NCBI GenBank assembly: GCA_963843145.1
Contig: CAWJJC010000012.1
Span: forward strand, 128,001 to 192,000
Direction: 5' to 3'
From: an uncultured delta proteobacterium
GTDB taxonomy: Bacteria; Desulfobacterota; RBG-13-43-22
DNA length: 64,000 bases
Shown here: positions 51,675 through 60,405 of the stretch, piece by piece
How the letters are laid out: every line of letters starts with the position of its first letter
How positions within the stretch are numbered: position 1 is the first letter of the stretch
Position numbers and translations under genes: made by a program
The notes under the pieces: model-generated
Databases searched by the model: none
What the model was told of the DNA's origin: nothing
Seen by the model: only the letters and a program-made list of their open reading frames with translations

Positions 51675-53666
51675 TTACGCCGAAGCCGCTTCAGATGGAG
51701 TCCCTTCGTTTTCCGTGTAGATCCCTCTCTTCTCAAAGTCTTCGCTCACGTAATCCAAACCCAATTCATGCAGGGACTCTTTCGTGGGAATTCCCTCACT
51801 ATTCCAGCCCTTAAATTGGTAATAGGTATCTAAAAGCTCCTTTTCCAAATCGGGAAATCTTTTTTTCCAATGGTCTTCCGGCGGCTTATCATCTTTTCTC
51901 CTCATGCCTCTGCGGATATTGATAGCCCTAACCAAAGTCCGGTACCTCTTGGTGGCTTGCGTCAGTTTGTCTTCATCCATTTCGATCCCAGCACCAGACG
52001 AGATAAATTTCGGGTAGTTATGTATATGATAAGGAGGCTTCAGGGGAAAGGATGACAAACCGGCGCACATCCCGAGGGCGTCATCGATGTAGTGCATCCG
52101 TTCCTGCCAATCGACAATGTCACAACACATTTGCACCGTGGGGTAGAAGGGCATGGATTTCTCCCCCCGGGGTTCCCAATCCAAAAAAATCTGCTTGAAC
52201 TTTTCGTCCGGAACGTGAAACCAATCCTGGACAAAGGCCTCCCGCTCCTCCCGCGTCGGAAAAGGCGCCTGGGGGAACTGCCCTTCAATTTGGGTGATGT
52301 TGATCTTTTCGCCGGTGGCATACATGAGGAAATAAATGGGATTGAGCATGGACAGCTTGAGGGGCAGTTGCTCGTGCTTTTTAATATTATTATGGGCATA
52401 GGCTTCCGCGCCCTTGCCGATCTGCCGGGCCGCCCAATAGGTGCCGTTGGCCAACACATCGCCGATCCCGTCCCGCCGAACGATGCGGTCCAATAACCAG
52501 TGAAATCTCCCTTCATTGTCGGAAGGCATTCCGGGAAAGTCCTGATCAGTCAAAATGCCGGCTTCATAAAGCTCCAGGGCGAAGGCCATGACCTGGGGGG
52601 CGGAGAAGGCGTCCACCCCATACTCCGTGGCACTTTGAGCGATACCCAACCCAAACTCCAGGTCGGACATGGCCGCCATGGTATAGGTAAGTTTCGAGAA
52701 GCATTTCATCATGTAGGTGGGCTGTCCCGGGGGCGCAATGGTGGCCCCGCAGGTCATCGGACAGTTGTAGCAACTGATCAGCCGCCTCCGCATACTATCC
52801 AGGGTCTCCGCCCACTGGCTGGCGATCTCCTCGTTCCAAAAATCTTTGCGGCGGGTGCGGGAATTCCCCCACATGAAATTTTCGGTGTGCCATTTTTCAT
52901 CATGGACTTTCATCTCTTGCGGCGACCCCAGCCCGGCTAAAATGGGCATGACCCCGGGAACCGGATTTTCATTTCGCCATTTTATGTAGGTCAAAACTTC
53001 GTTGCAAAGTCCCATGAATTCAGCCGGCCGGGCCACATTAATGTCCCTGGTTCCCCGAACGACTATGGCCTTGACGCCTTTGTCTCCCATCACGGCGCCT
53101 ATGCCGCCCCGGCTGGCACTGGACCGGCCCTGCTCGATGGAAGCAAAATAGACCCTGTTTTCCCCGGCCAGGCCGATAGCCGCCACCTGGGCCTTGGGCT
53201 CCTTCAACTCCTGCCGAATTAGTTCTGCCGTTTCCACGGCGCCTTTACCTTTCAAATGAGCGGCATCCCTTATTTCCACTTTGTCATTGTTTATCCAGAT
53301 ATAGACCAGATGGGGGGACTTGCCGCGCAGAACCACTTTGTCATAACCGGCATACTTCAATTCCGGCGCCCAAAATCCCCCCATCATGGAGTAGGCCATT
53401 AATTGCGTCTGAGGCGAAATGGTGGAAACGATGGTCCGATTACAACCGGTAGCCGGTGTTCCGCATAAAAGACCGGCGCCGAATATTAAGAGATTATCAG
53501 GGGAAAAGGGTTCGGTTTCGGGGGGAACCCTATCCCATAAAAGCTTGGCGTTAGTCCCAAGGCCCCCCAGATAAAGTTCCGTGTCTCTTGGGTCGGTTTC
53601 TACCCGCTCAATGTTTCCTCGGGATAGATCAATTTCTAAATTAAACCCCGTCTCGGCGTAACGCAT
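51675..53666 (-). CDS. bamB: BamB, tungsten-bis-pterin catalytic subunit of class II benzoyl-CoA reductase (AOR family)
   Basis: MRYAETG..LEIDL, GGLGTNAK, SASRGGIGAVMGDK, GLGSPQEMKVHDEKWHTENF and MKCFSKL match from memory the Geobacter BamB sequence rather than generic AORs. Confidence 0.95.
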   Translation of the reverse strand: MRYAETGFNLEIDLSRGNIERVETDPRDTELYLGGLGTNAKLLWDRVPPETEPFSPDNLLIFGAGLLCGTPATGCNRTIVSTISPQTQLMAYSMMGGFWAPELKYAGYDKVVLRGKSPHLVYIWINNDKVEIRDAAHLKGKGAVETAELIRQELKEPKAQVAAIGLAGENRVYFASIEQGRSSASRGGIGAVMGDKGVKAIVVRGTRDINVARPAEFMGLCNEVLTYIKWRNENPVPGVMPILAGLGSPQEMKVHDEKWHTENFMWGNSRTRRKDFWNEEIASQWAETLDSMRRRLISCYNCPMTCGATIAPPGQPTYMMKCFSKLTYTMAAMSDLEFGLGIAQSATEYGVDAFSAPQVMAFALELYEAGILTDQDFPGMPSDNEGRFHWLLDRIVRRDGIGDVLANGTYWAARQIGKGAEAYAHNNIKKHEQLPLKLSMLNPIYFLMYATGEKINITQIEGQFPQAPFPTREEREAFVQDWFHVPDEKFKQIFLDWEPRGEKSMPFYPTVQMCCDIVDWQERMHYIDDALGMCAGLSSFPLKPPYHIHNYPKFISSGAGIEMDEDKLTQATKRYRTLVRAINIRRGMRRKDDKPPEDHWKKRFPDLEKELLDTYYQFKGWNSEGIPTKESLHELGLDYVSEDFEKRGIYTENEGTPSEAASA

Positions 53667-53773
53667 TTTTTTCCCCTTCTAGATTACCTGAACCCGTGAT
53701 GGAAGTTATTCTTTTTTCAAAATCAAGATCGTGAGTTCAGGGGCTAGTAAGCCTTTAATGTCGGATCAAAAAA

Positions 53774-54241
53774 TTACTCTTTCGGTTCCAATTTTTTATA
53801 TAAATTAATAAAGTTGCTCCGGTTAAACCCGATGGATTTAAAAAAGGAAAGTATATCCACCGCGTCCCAGCGGGCGGCCGTGTAAATCTCATTGATTTTA
53901 TTTTTCTTGAACAGTTTGAACAAATGGGTGATCAAGGACTGGCCGATGCCGGTCCCCATGTATTTGGGATGAACCCCTATGATCTTGATCCAGCCGCTCT
54001 GGTCCAGGCCAAAGCTATTGGTCATGATTTCGCTGATGATGAAGCCGACCACCTGATCCCCAGCCAAGGCCGCCAGACTCAGGCTGCTGTCATTCTGAAT
54101 GGTATCCCCCCATTGGGCAATTTTCTTGGGGCCGATCTTTTTTTTGGTAATAATCTCCTGAATATGTATCACCTGGGGCAGATCGGCGGTCAATAATTTT
54201 CGGAATTTAATCGTTTTCAAGGCCATCTCGCTCTCCATCAA
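53774..54241 (-). CDS. GNAT-fold protein immediately upstream of bamB
   Basis: VVGFII, IGVHPKYMGTGIG acyl-CoA-binding motif A, FFKSIGF. Confidence 0.85.
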   Translation of the reverse strand: MMESEMALKTIKFRKLLTADLPQVIHIQEIITKKKIGPKKIAQWGDTIQNDSSLSLAALAGDQVVGFIISEIMTNSFGLDQSGWIKIIGVHPKYMGTGIGQSLITHLFKLFKKNKINEIYTAARWDAVDILSFFKSIGFNRSNFINLYKKLEPKE

Positions 54242-54438
54242 TCAATGCGAATGATTTTGACGTGTTTCCCCACCCATTCCGGGGGAAGATAAACCCGCCC
54301 GCTGTTTCCGCTTTGTTTGACCTCTTTTTCAATCATTTCTTCCCCAAAAACTTCAAATTTGGCCTTGAGTGATTTGCTGGTTTCTTCGATATTCTCAGGG
54401 AGTTCTCGGGGATAGTTTTCTCTTTTCAGGGGTACCAT
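54238..54438 (-). CDS. DUF2080 family small protein (AbrB-like swapped-hairpin candidate)
   Basis: KFEVFGEEMIEKEVK.SGNSGRVYLPPEWVGK.VKIIR; ATGA coupling to the GNAT gene. Confidence 0.8.
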   Translation of the reverse strand: MVPLKRENYPRELPENIEETSKSLKAKFEVFGEEMIEKEVKQSGNSGRVYLPPEWVGKHVKIIRID

Positions 54439-54577
54439 ATTATTCCCTTATCCGACTAAAAAGTCAAACCCGGTTTGATGGCGCCATCAGGTCATAATCC
54501 GTTGAATTAGTGATAGAAAATTAATATAATCGCCTCTTCCGTTGAACTCGCAGGAAGGAATGTCTATGGCTATAAAT

Positions 54578-54630
54578 TAACTACAATTTAACTATAAAGT
54601 AGTTATAGGTATTTTTAAAATGTTTGTCAA
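54578..54630 (-). promoter_or_regulatory. Sigma70 promoter of DUF2080-GNAT(-bam) with overlapping candidate operator
   Basis: TTGACA(54630-54625)-17-TATAAC(54607-54602); TAACTA-N5-TAGTTA palindrome at 54589-54605 plus a third TAACTA at 54578. Confidence 0.65.
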
Positions 54631-54671
54631 GGGAAAAATAATCAGGGGGGATTTTTTTATGGTCAGGGATT

Positions 54672-55520
54672 TTAAGTGGCGGGCGGCACGTTTTTAGCTC
54701 CCGTCCAGAATCCCTGGGGGTCGTAATGACGGATAATCGCCAATTCTTCCAAGCTAGGATCCGGGCTGACGGTGATTTTCGCGGAGGTTTTCAGCTTCCA
54801 ACCGGTTTGATCGACGACGGTTTTCGGGGAAATGCCGGGATGCACTTGGCTAAGATAGGCCTCGCGGGTAGTTGGATCGAAACGCAAGACCCCTAAAGTG
54901 GTGATGATCGCCGAGGGGCCTCCACGGACGAGTCCCTGGCGGCCGCGCCAATTCCCGCCGTCACCAAACCCGGACGAGGTGATATAAGCGACTCTTTCCA
55001 CAAAGCGGCGTTTCTCATGGGCCATGATAATCAATAACTTGCGGGCCAACGAGGCGATATCCCCGCCGCCGCCGCTGCCGGGGAGGCGAATCGGGCCTTT
55101 TGGCCCGTCCACCTGGGTGGTGTTTAAATTGCCGAACTTATCCACCTCCGCTCCGCCGATAAAGCCGATATCTACCCTCCCTTTTTGCAAGAAACCCATG
55201 ACCGTCAACATATCGCAACACATGGTGGCCTGGAAGATATTGGGGGGATCCCCCATGGTGACCATGGGGTCGGCGGCTGGGATTTCTCTGATGACGCCGT
55301 TTTCAAAAAGACCGATCGCTCTCGGGGCATGGGTTATTTTGGCTAAAATAAAGGCCAGCAAGGGCAGCCGCATACCGACGAAAACCACGTCCCCGTCGGA
55401 GATTTCCCGGGCGGCGATGGTGACCATCAGCTCGGCGGGAGTGTAGTCCCGTGGGACGGGAGAAGCAAGGCGCGGGGCGGTTGGTTCGAGGTTTTGTGGT
55501 TTCTGGGTATTGGTCAGCAT
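54672..55520 (-). CDS. Family I CoA-transferase beta subunit (GctB-like)
   Basis: AAREI.DGDVVFVG, FENG, GGAEVDKFGNLNTT, RLPGSGG..DIAS. Confidence 0.88.
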   Translation of the reverse strand: MLTNTQKPQNLEPTAPRLASPVPRDYTPAELMVTIAAREISDGDVVFVGMRLPLLAFILAKITHAPRAIGLFENGVIREIPAADPMVTMGDPPNIFQATMCCDMLTVMGFLQKGRVDIGFIGGAEVDKFGNLNTTQVDGPKGPIRLPGSGGGGDIASLARKLLIIMAHEKRRFVERVAYITSSGFGDGGNWRGRQGLVRGGPSAIITTLGVLRFDPTTREAYLSQVHPGISPKTVVDQTGWKLKTSAKITVSPDPSLEELAIIRHYDPQGFWTGAKNVPPAT

Positions 55521-55600
55521 AAGCCTAACTGCCTGGCCTCAATAATTAATAATCAATTGTTAATTAGTAACTGTTATTGAATGCCTTGTGGTGCCGAGCT

Positions 55601-56074
55601 CTATTTTCGTGCTACTCCGGGTACTGGCTTTATTTGGTTGCGGTGAACGGAAATGAGGGTCACCAGGGCCTTCGCGGCCAGGACTTCCCCGGTGGGCCTT
55701 TGGTCAAAGACCTCGGATTCCCCCACCAGGATCCGACTTCCCTCCCGGAGGATCCGGGATTTACAAATCAAGCCCTGGCCGTATGCCGGCTGCATAAAAT
55801 TGATTTTAAATTCAATGGTCAAAATGCGGTGTACTTCATCGATCAGGCTGAAGGCGGCGTACCCGGCCGTATGATCGGCCATGGCGGCCAGGACCCCCGC
55901 ATGGATGTACTGATCCTGCTGGCGATGGCGGTCCAGCACCTGCAGCCGGGATTCCAGGTAGCCTCTGCGGTATTCCTGGACCCGGTAGCCCACATCTCCA
56001 ATAAAGCCCCGGGAATAGTCCCGGGTCAAAAAATCCCGGCGTTCCGGCGAAAATTCTTTACTCGCTCCGACCAT
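55601..56074 (-). CDS. PaaI family thioesterase
   Basis: HRQQDQYIHAGVLAAMADH..G.A, LTIEFKINF..PA.G. Confidence 0.88.
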   Translation of the reverse strand: MVGASKEFSPERRDFLTRDYSRGFIGDVGYRVQEYRRGYLESRLQVLDRHRQQDQYIHAGVLAAMADHTAGYAAFSLIDEVHRILTIEFKINFMQPAYGQGLICKSRILREGSRILVGESEVFDQRPTGEVLAAKALVTLISVHRNQIKPVPGVARK

Positions 56075-56885
56075 CGTTTTGCCCCAATAGGGTGAACCAG
56101 GTATGATCCGTTTCCCATTCCCCGAGCAGGGAAAAACCCGGGTGGTCAAGACGCCGTTTGATCTCGATGTATTCGCTTCTCAGCAGCCCGGAAAGAACGG
56201 CCCATTTTTTTTCGAAAAATGCCGGTTGCTCAATCAGTTCCCGGACGACCGCGAAATGCAAATTGGCAAAGAGTAGATCGGCCTTCTGCTGGAGGTATTC
56301 CTCGGCCAGCCCTTCTTCCACCCGAATTCGGGAGGATAATCCGTTCAATTCGATGTTTTTCCGGGCGGTGGCCACACAGGCCGGGTTCCAGTCGATCCCC
56401 AAGACTTCCCGGGACCCCAGCTTGACGGCGGCAATGGCCAGGATCCCGGTCCCCGTTCCCAGGTCCAGGACCATTTCGGGCGTTTCTCGGTCAAAAATCG
56501 AGAGCAGGGCCTTGAGGCAATCCTGGGTGGTGGGGTGCTGTCCGGAGCCGAAGACCACCCCGGGGTCGATAATCAGGGGAATCCGGTCCCCGTCCTCCGA
56601 GACCGGGTGACCCAGGGGGATGATCCGCAGTCGGCCTATGGACAGCGGTTCCAAATTTTCTCCGGCCTGCCAGTCCCGGTAACTGATCTCGTGGGTCCGG
56701 ACCCAGGAGAGGCCGGGGCGGTCGGTCAAAAAGGTCTGAAGGTCAGCCGCCGAGGGACGAGAGAAAAAGAGAAACGTGCTCTCCCCTTCCCGCCAGTGGG
56801 CGATCAGGCTGTCTTGAAAAAAGGATTCCGGCCGGGCCACCGTCCCCGACAGTTCATAAATATACAGGCGGTCTTCGGGGTTCAT
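56058..56885 (-). CDS. PrmA-like SAM-dependent methyltransferase
   Basis: IDPGVVFGSGQHPTT, LDLGTGTGILAI, ANL, LSGLL; N-terminal domain divergent. Confidence 0.8.
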   Translation of the reverse strand: MNPEDRLYIYELSGTVARPESFFQDSLIAHWREGESTFLFFSRPSAADLQTFLTDRPGLSWVRTHEISYRDWQAGENLEPLSIGRLRIIPLGHPVSEDGDRIPLIIDPGVVFGSGQHPTTQDCLKALLSIFDRETPEMVLDLGTGTGILAIAAVKLGSREVLGIDWNPACVATARKNIELNGLSSRIRVEEGLAEEYLQQKADLLFANLHFAVVRELIEQPAFFEKKWAVLSGLLRSEYIEIKRRLDHPGFSLLGEWETDHTWFTLLGQNDGRSE

Positions 56886-57069
56886 TCTTGAATGACTTTT
56901 TGTGAAACCTTCCTCGTGATAGGATCGTCCGACCCGAAGTCAAAACAACCCGGCCCCTGGAATAACTCCTGGTTCCAGGGGCCGAAGTCTGAATCCTGCA
57001 CCGCGGCTACCCGCGGTCCTTTCGATCGCTGCGGCAGTCGGTACAACCTGAGTGCCGCCCCAGAGGGGC

Positions 57070-57570
57070 TTACTCTACCGGGACCCAATAATAATCGAGT
57101 ACGGTGTTCGTAGGTTTAGCGGTCCGGAACTCAGCCTTGACCTTCATTCCGATGAAGGGTTTCCCGTGTAAGAGATAGCTCTTGGGGATGGTCGCCAGTT
57201 CTGGGATTTCCACGTCGATCTGCCAGTAGGGGGTGGAAAGCTCTATCCCGATCCCGGCATAGACCACTTCGGTAAAGGCATAGACCTGACCGATGACCGG
57301 ATTGCGCAGGGCCTTCCATTTCATTTCCGTATGGCAGTCGGGACAGTGCGCCCGCGGGGGTATCCAGAGGCGGTTCTCAGCACATTGCTTATTGGGACAA
57401 AAGGTGGCCATCAGTTTTCCTTCCGTCAGTCCCTTGAAGAAAGGGGATAGCAGCCCATAGGTATGCACATGGGTTAAGCTTCGGGGCCACTCAATAACCG
57501 TCTGGGGTTCGGTCTGCCGAATTTTAGTCGTCTGACCAATGAATTTGGTCTGCAGTTGTTTTTTAGCCAT
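57070..57570 (-). CDS. DUF35-type Zn-ribbon/OB-fold thiolase partner
   Basis: PFFKGL.EGKL..T.C...C, PPRAHCPDC, G.VYAFT; AGGAGG RBS. Confidence 0.85.
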   Translation of the reverse strand: MAKKQLQTKFIGQTTKIRQTEPQTVIEWPRSLTHVHTYGLLSPFFKGLTEGKLMATFCPNKQCAENRLWIPPRAHCPDCHTEMKWKALRNPVIGQVYAFTEVVYAGIGIELSTPYWQIDVEIPELATIPKSYLLHGKPFIGMKVKAEFRTAKPTNTVLDYYWVPVE

Positions 57571-57584
57571 GGTTTCTTCCTCCT

Positions 57585-58955
57585 TTACCAGCTCTTCCTG
57601 AGAATACCGACGGTCACATGCGATCCGACCCCTGCATGGGAGACCCAGAGGGCCTGCTTGCTTTTTTTCGGAATCTGCAGGCTCTTCCAGTCCCGGGGTT
57701 TGGTCTTGCCCCATTTTTTCCAGATCTTCGAGTCACCGTGAAACTGATCGTATTTCTGCTGCAACTGCCAGAGGCACTCCACAGCCTGGAAGATGCCGGT
57801 GGCGCCCACGGCATGCATGGTCCCCAGCAATCCGCCGGACAGGTTGGAGGGACATTTCCCGCCGTAGTAGGCATCTCCCGATTCGATATACTCCTGCTCC
57901 TGGCCGTAAGGCCGGAGGCCGATATCGCCGTAGGTCTGAAGATCGCTGATGGTGAAGGCGTCATGGAGTTCCACCAAATCCAATTCTTCAAGTGGGTCAT
58001 GAATTCCGGCCATGCGGTAAGCTAAGTAAGCGGCAAAGCGGGCGGCCAGAAAACTCTCGAATCCCGGATAGCGGCTCCCTTCCTTCAGATAATTTTTATA
58101 CATTCCCGGTTTTTCGTTGGGCAGCAGGGGGATTTCCATGTGGCGCCGGTCAGCCACCCGCAGGGTGTGGGAACCGCCGCAAATAAAGACCTCCACCGGG
58201 TGGTCGGTCAACTTGTAGGCCGTTTTTTCATCGCAGAGCAGGGCGCAAGCCGAACCGACGCTCATGGCGCAGCATTCCAGGAAGCGCAGGGGATAGGCCG
58301 ACATGGGGCTGGCCAAGACCTCTTCCACGGTGTGCTTACCCGGTTGTTGCGCATAGGGGGAAGAGCAGGCATAGAGACGGTTTTTGACGGCGATCTTAGC
58401 CCGGGTGGTTTCCGAAACATCGAAAGCCCAAGCAAAGCGGTTGGCCATGGCGGCATAATAAGCAGAATAGATGCGGGCCAGCCGGGTTTCAAAATCCTTG
58501 CAGGCGGCGGTAGCGATATAGAAATTCCCCGTCCGGGTATCGACTTCGTCCATCCGTTCCCAGCCGGCGGCCAGAGCCACGTCGGCATAGCCCGAAGCGA
58601 CGGCCATGGCGGCGTTCAGGATGGTGGTTCCGCCGGTGGCCCCTCCGGTTTTGACACCGACGTTAAACATGGGGTCCAGACCGAGATAATCATGAACCTT
58701 GGCCTCGCAGAGCAGTTGATCTTGGAAGTGATCGGCAAATTCGCCATAGGCGGCATAGTTGATCAGGCCCTTGACTTCCAGGGGGTCCATTTTAAGATTG
58801 TTATTTTCGAGCATTTGTTTGAAGGCCATCATGACCAGCTCTTCCAGTCTGTATTCCGGAAAATACTTTTTGTAGGCCGTCGTACCCCCGGCGACCAAGA
58901 AGACCTTGCGATTCCACTTGGGAATCCTCAAATTACCCTTCTTGAATGTAATCAT
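57585..58955 (-). CDS. SCP2-type thiolase-fold protein lacking the canonical nucleophilic Cys
   Basis: ELHDAFT and HAVGATG motifs; KTGGATGG where thiolases have xxCASG. Confidence 0.85.
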   Translation of the reverse strand: MITFKKGNLRIPKWNRKVFLVAGGTTAYKKYFPEYRLEELVMMAFKQMLENNNLKMDPLEVKGLINYAAYGEFADHFQDQLLCEAKVHDYLGLDPMFNVGVKTGGATGGTTILNAAMAVASGYADVALAAGWERMDEVDTRTGNFYIATAACKDFETRLARIYSAYYAAMANRFAWAFDVSETTRAKIAVKNRLYACSSPYAQQPGKHTVEEVLASPMSAYPLRFLECCAMSVGSACALLCDEKTAYKLTDHPVEVFICGGSHTLRVADRRHMEIPLLPNEKPGMYKNYLKEGSRYPGFESFLAARFAAYLAYRMAGIHDPLEELDLVELHDAFTISDLQTYGDIGLRPYGQEQEYIESGDAYYGGKCPSNLSGGLLGTMHAVGATGIFQAVECLWQLQQKYDQFHGDSKIWKKWGKTKPRDWKSLQIPKKSKQALWVSHAGVGSHVTVGILRKSW

Positions 58956-59120
58956 CCCCGATCCTCCTCCAATTTTAATAAGGTTTTAATTTCATTACCT
59001 AAATTCGTTTCAGATCGGCATTTTGAGCCTGATGAACCGAATCGTCTGTCATTTCAGGCTTGTAACCCGAATAGAAGCTACGTTATAATTGAAATTTGAA
59101 CGCTGTCAAGTTTTTTAATC

Positions 59121-59987
59121 ATGATCGCTTCCCTCCATCCCTGCATTCGTAAAGAGATTAATATCCTCTGCGCCGGCCGGTCCCTCACAGACCGGGAGAG
59201 AAAACGGCTTCAAAAAGCTCGGGCGGTTATCCTCCCCCAGGGTGTAACCGCAGAAGTTTACCGGGAGTGTCGCCGTCTGGTACCCCGGGTCTTTCCCAAT
59301 TACGATCTGCGATTCGGTTTGGAAGGCAAAGTCGGCGACGCCCTTCTTTTTGAATATTTCCAGGTCCCCCATCCCCGGACTCTGGCTTTTGGCGACCGGG
59401 AATCGTTCCATAAGGCCTTTCCTGACCCCGACCTGCCGCCCGCCCTCCTTTCCGGCTATCCCCTGGTCATGAAAGGGAATGAAGGAGGGGAGGGGTCCCT
59501 GGTCTTTCGGATTGAATCCACTCGGGATCTTGAGGACAAACTGGACCTATTGCGCTGTTCAGCAGTCCGGGATCAGGGGTTTGTCCTCCAGGAGTTTATT
59601 GACCATGGAGGGCGTGATTTGCGGGTGGTGATTCTCTATGATCAACTGTTCGCCTATTGGCGGGTTCAGCCGGACCCCAGCCGGTTCCGGACTAATCAAA
59701 GGCAGGGCGGAACGATTGACCATGGTGGAGATTCAAGGCTGAGAGAGAAGGCCATAAAGTCGGTGGAACGGTTTTGTCGCCGCGCAGGGATCCAGGTGGC
59801 CGGAATTGATATCCTCTTCAATCGGAAACGCGATCCGGACACTCCTTTATTTTTGGAAATAAATTATTACTTCGGAAGAAGGGGACTGGGTGGATCTTTA
59901 CGTTTTTATGAACTTTTCGAGCAAGCCGCGGACCGCTGGCTGGCCTCCGGAGAACCAATTGAAAAACAAGGGTTAATACGAGAATAA
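59121..59987 (+). CDS. RimK-like ATP-grasp protein
   Basis: YPLVMK...GGEG, LQEFI, RDLRVV, FRTN..QGG, AGIDILF, FLEIN. Confidence 0.82.
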   Translation: MIASLHPCIRKEINILCAGRSLTDRERKRLQKARAVILPQGVTAEVYRECRRLVPRVFPNYDLRFGLEGKVGDALLFEYFQVPHPRTLAFGDRESFHKAFPDPDLPPALLSGYPLVMKGNEGGEGSLVFRIESTRDLEDKLDLLRCSAVRDQGFVLQEFIDHGGRDLRVVILYDQLFAYWRVQPDPSRFRTNQRQGGTIDHGGDSRLREKAIKSVERFCRRAGIQVAGIDILFNRKRDPDTPLFLEINYYFGRRGLGGSLRFYELFEQAADRWLASGEPIEKQGLIRE

Positions 59988-60168
59988 CTTCTGGCCCTCC
60001 TGTCATTGCTGGCAACTCTTTGTAGTTTATAGCTTTACGGCGCCCGCCCCGGGCCTGAAGGTTTCGCCTGAAAACAGGTTTTCTAAATCTCCATGATACA
60101 GGTTGTATTTGCACCGCCGGTAAAGTAAGATCCCAACAGCAAGTAAAAGGAGGCTTCAGTTAAAACCC

Positions 60169-60405
60169 ATGTGCTTAGCCATACCGATGGAAGTCAAAGA
60201 GATCAGAGAGAACTGGGCCCTGGTGGAATATGAGGGGACCCGCCGGGAGATTCGGCTGGATATTGTGGACCAGCGTCCGGAGGTGGGTGATTATGTGATC
60301 ATTCACGCCGGGTTCGCCCTGCACCGGATTGATGAAGACGAAGCCAAAATCAGTTTAGCCTACTGGAAGGAAATCCTGGCCCATGCCCCTGAAGCATTTG
60401 AGTGA
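60169..60405 (+). CDS. hypC: Hydrogenase maturation chaperone HypC
   Basis: MCLAIP, VGDYVIIHAGFA. Confidence 0.95.
   Translation: MCLAIPMEVKEIRENWALVEYEGTRREIRLDIVDQRPEVGDYVIIHAGFALHRIDEDEAKISLAYWKEILAHAPEAFE

Noticed and set aside
53687-53741. Moco/tungsten riboswitch in the bamB leader
   Set aside because: Only one imperfect inverted repeat in a ~107-bp gap; the multi-stem consensus is not recognisable.
54238-54438. DUF2080 as a mobile element marker
   Set aside because: No transposase, TnpB or terminal repeats adjacent; it is coupled to a GNAT gene instead.
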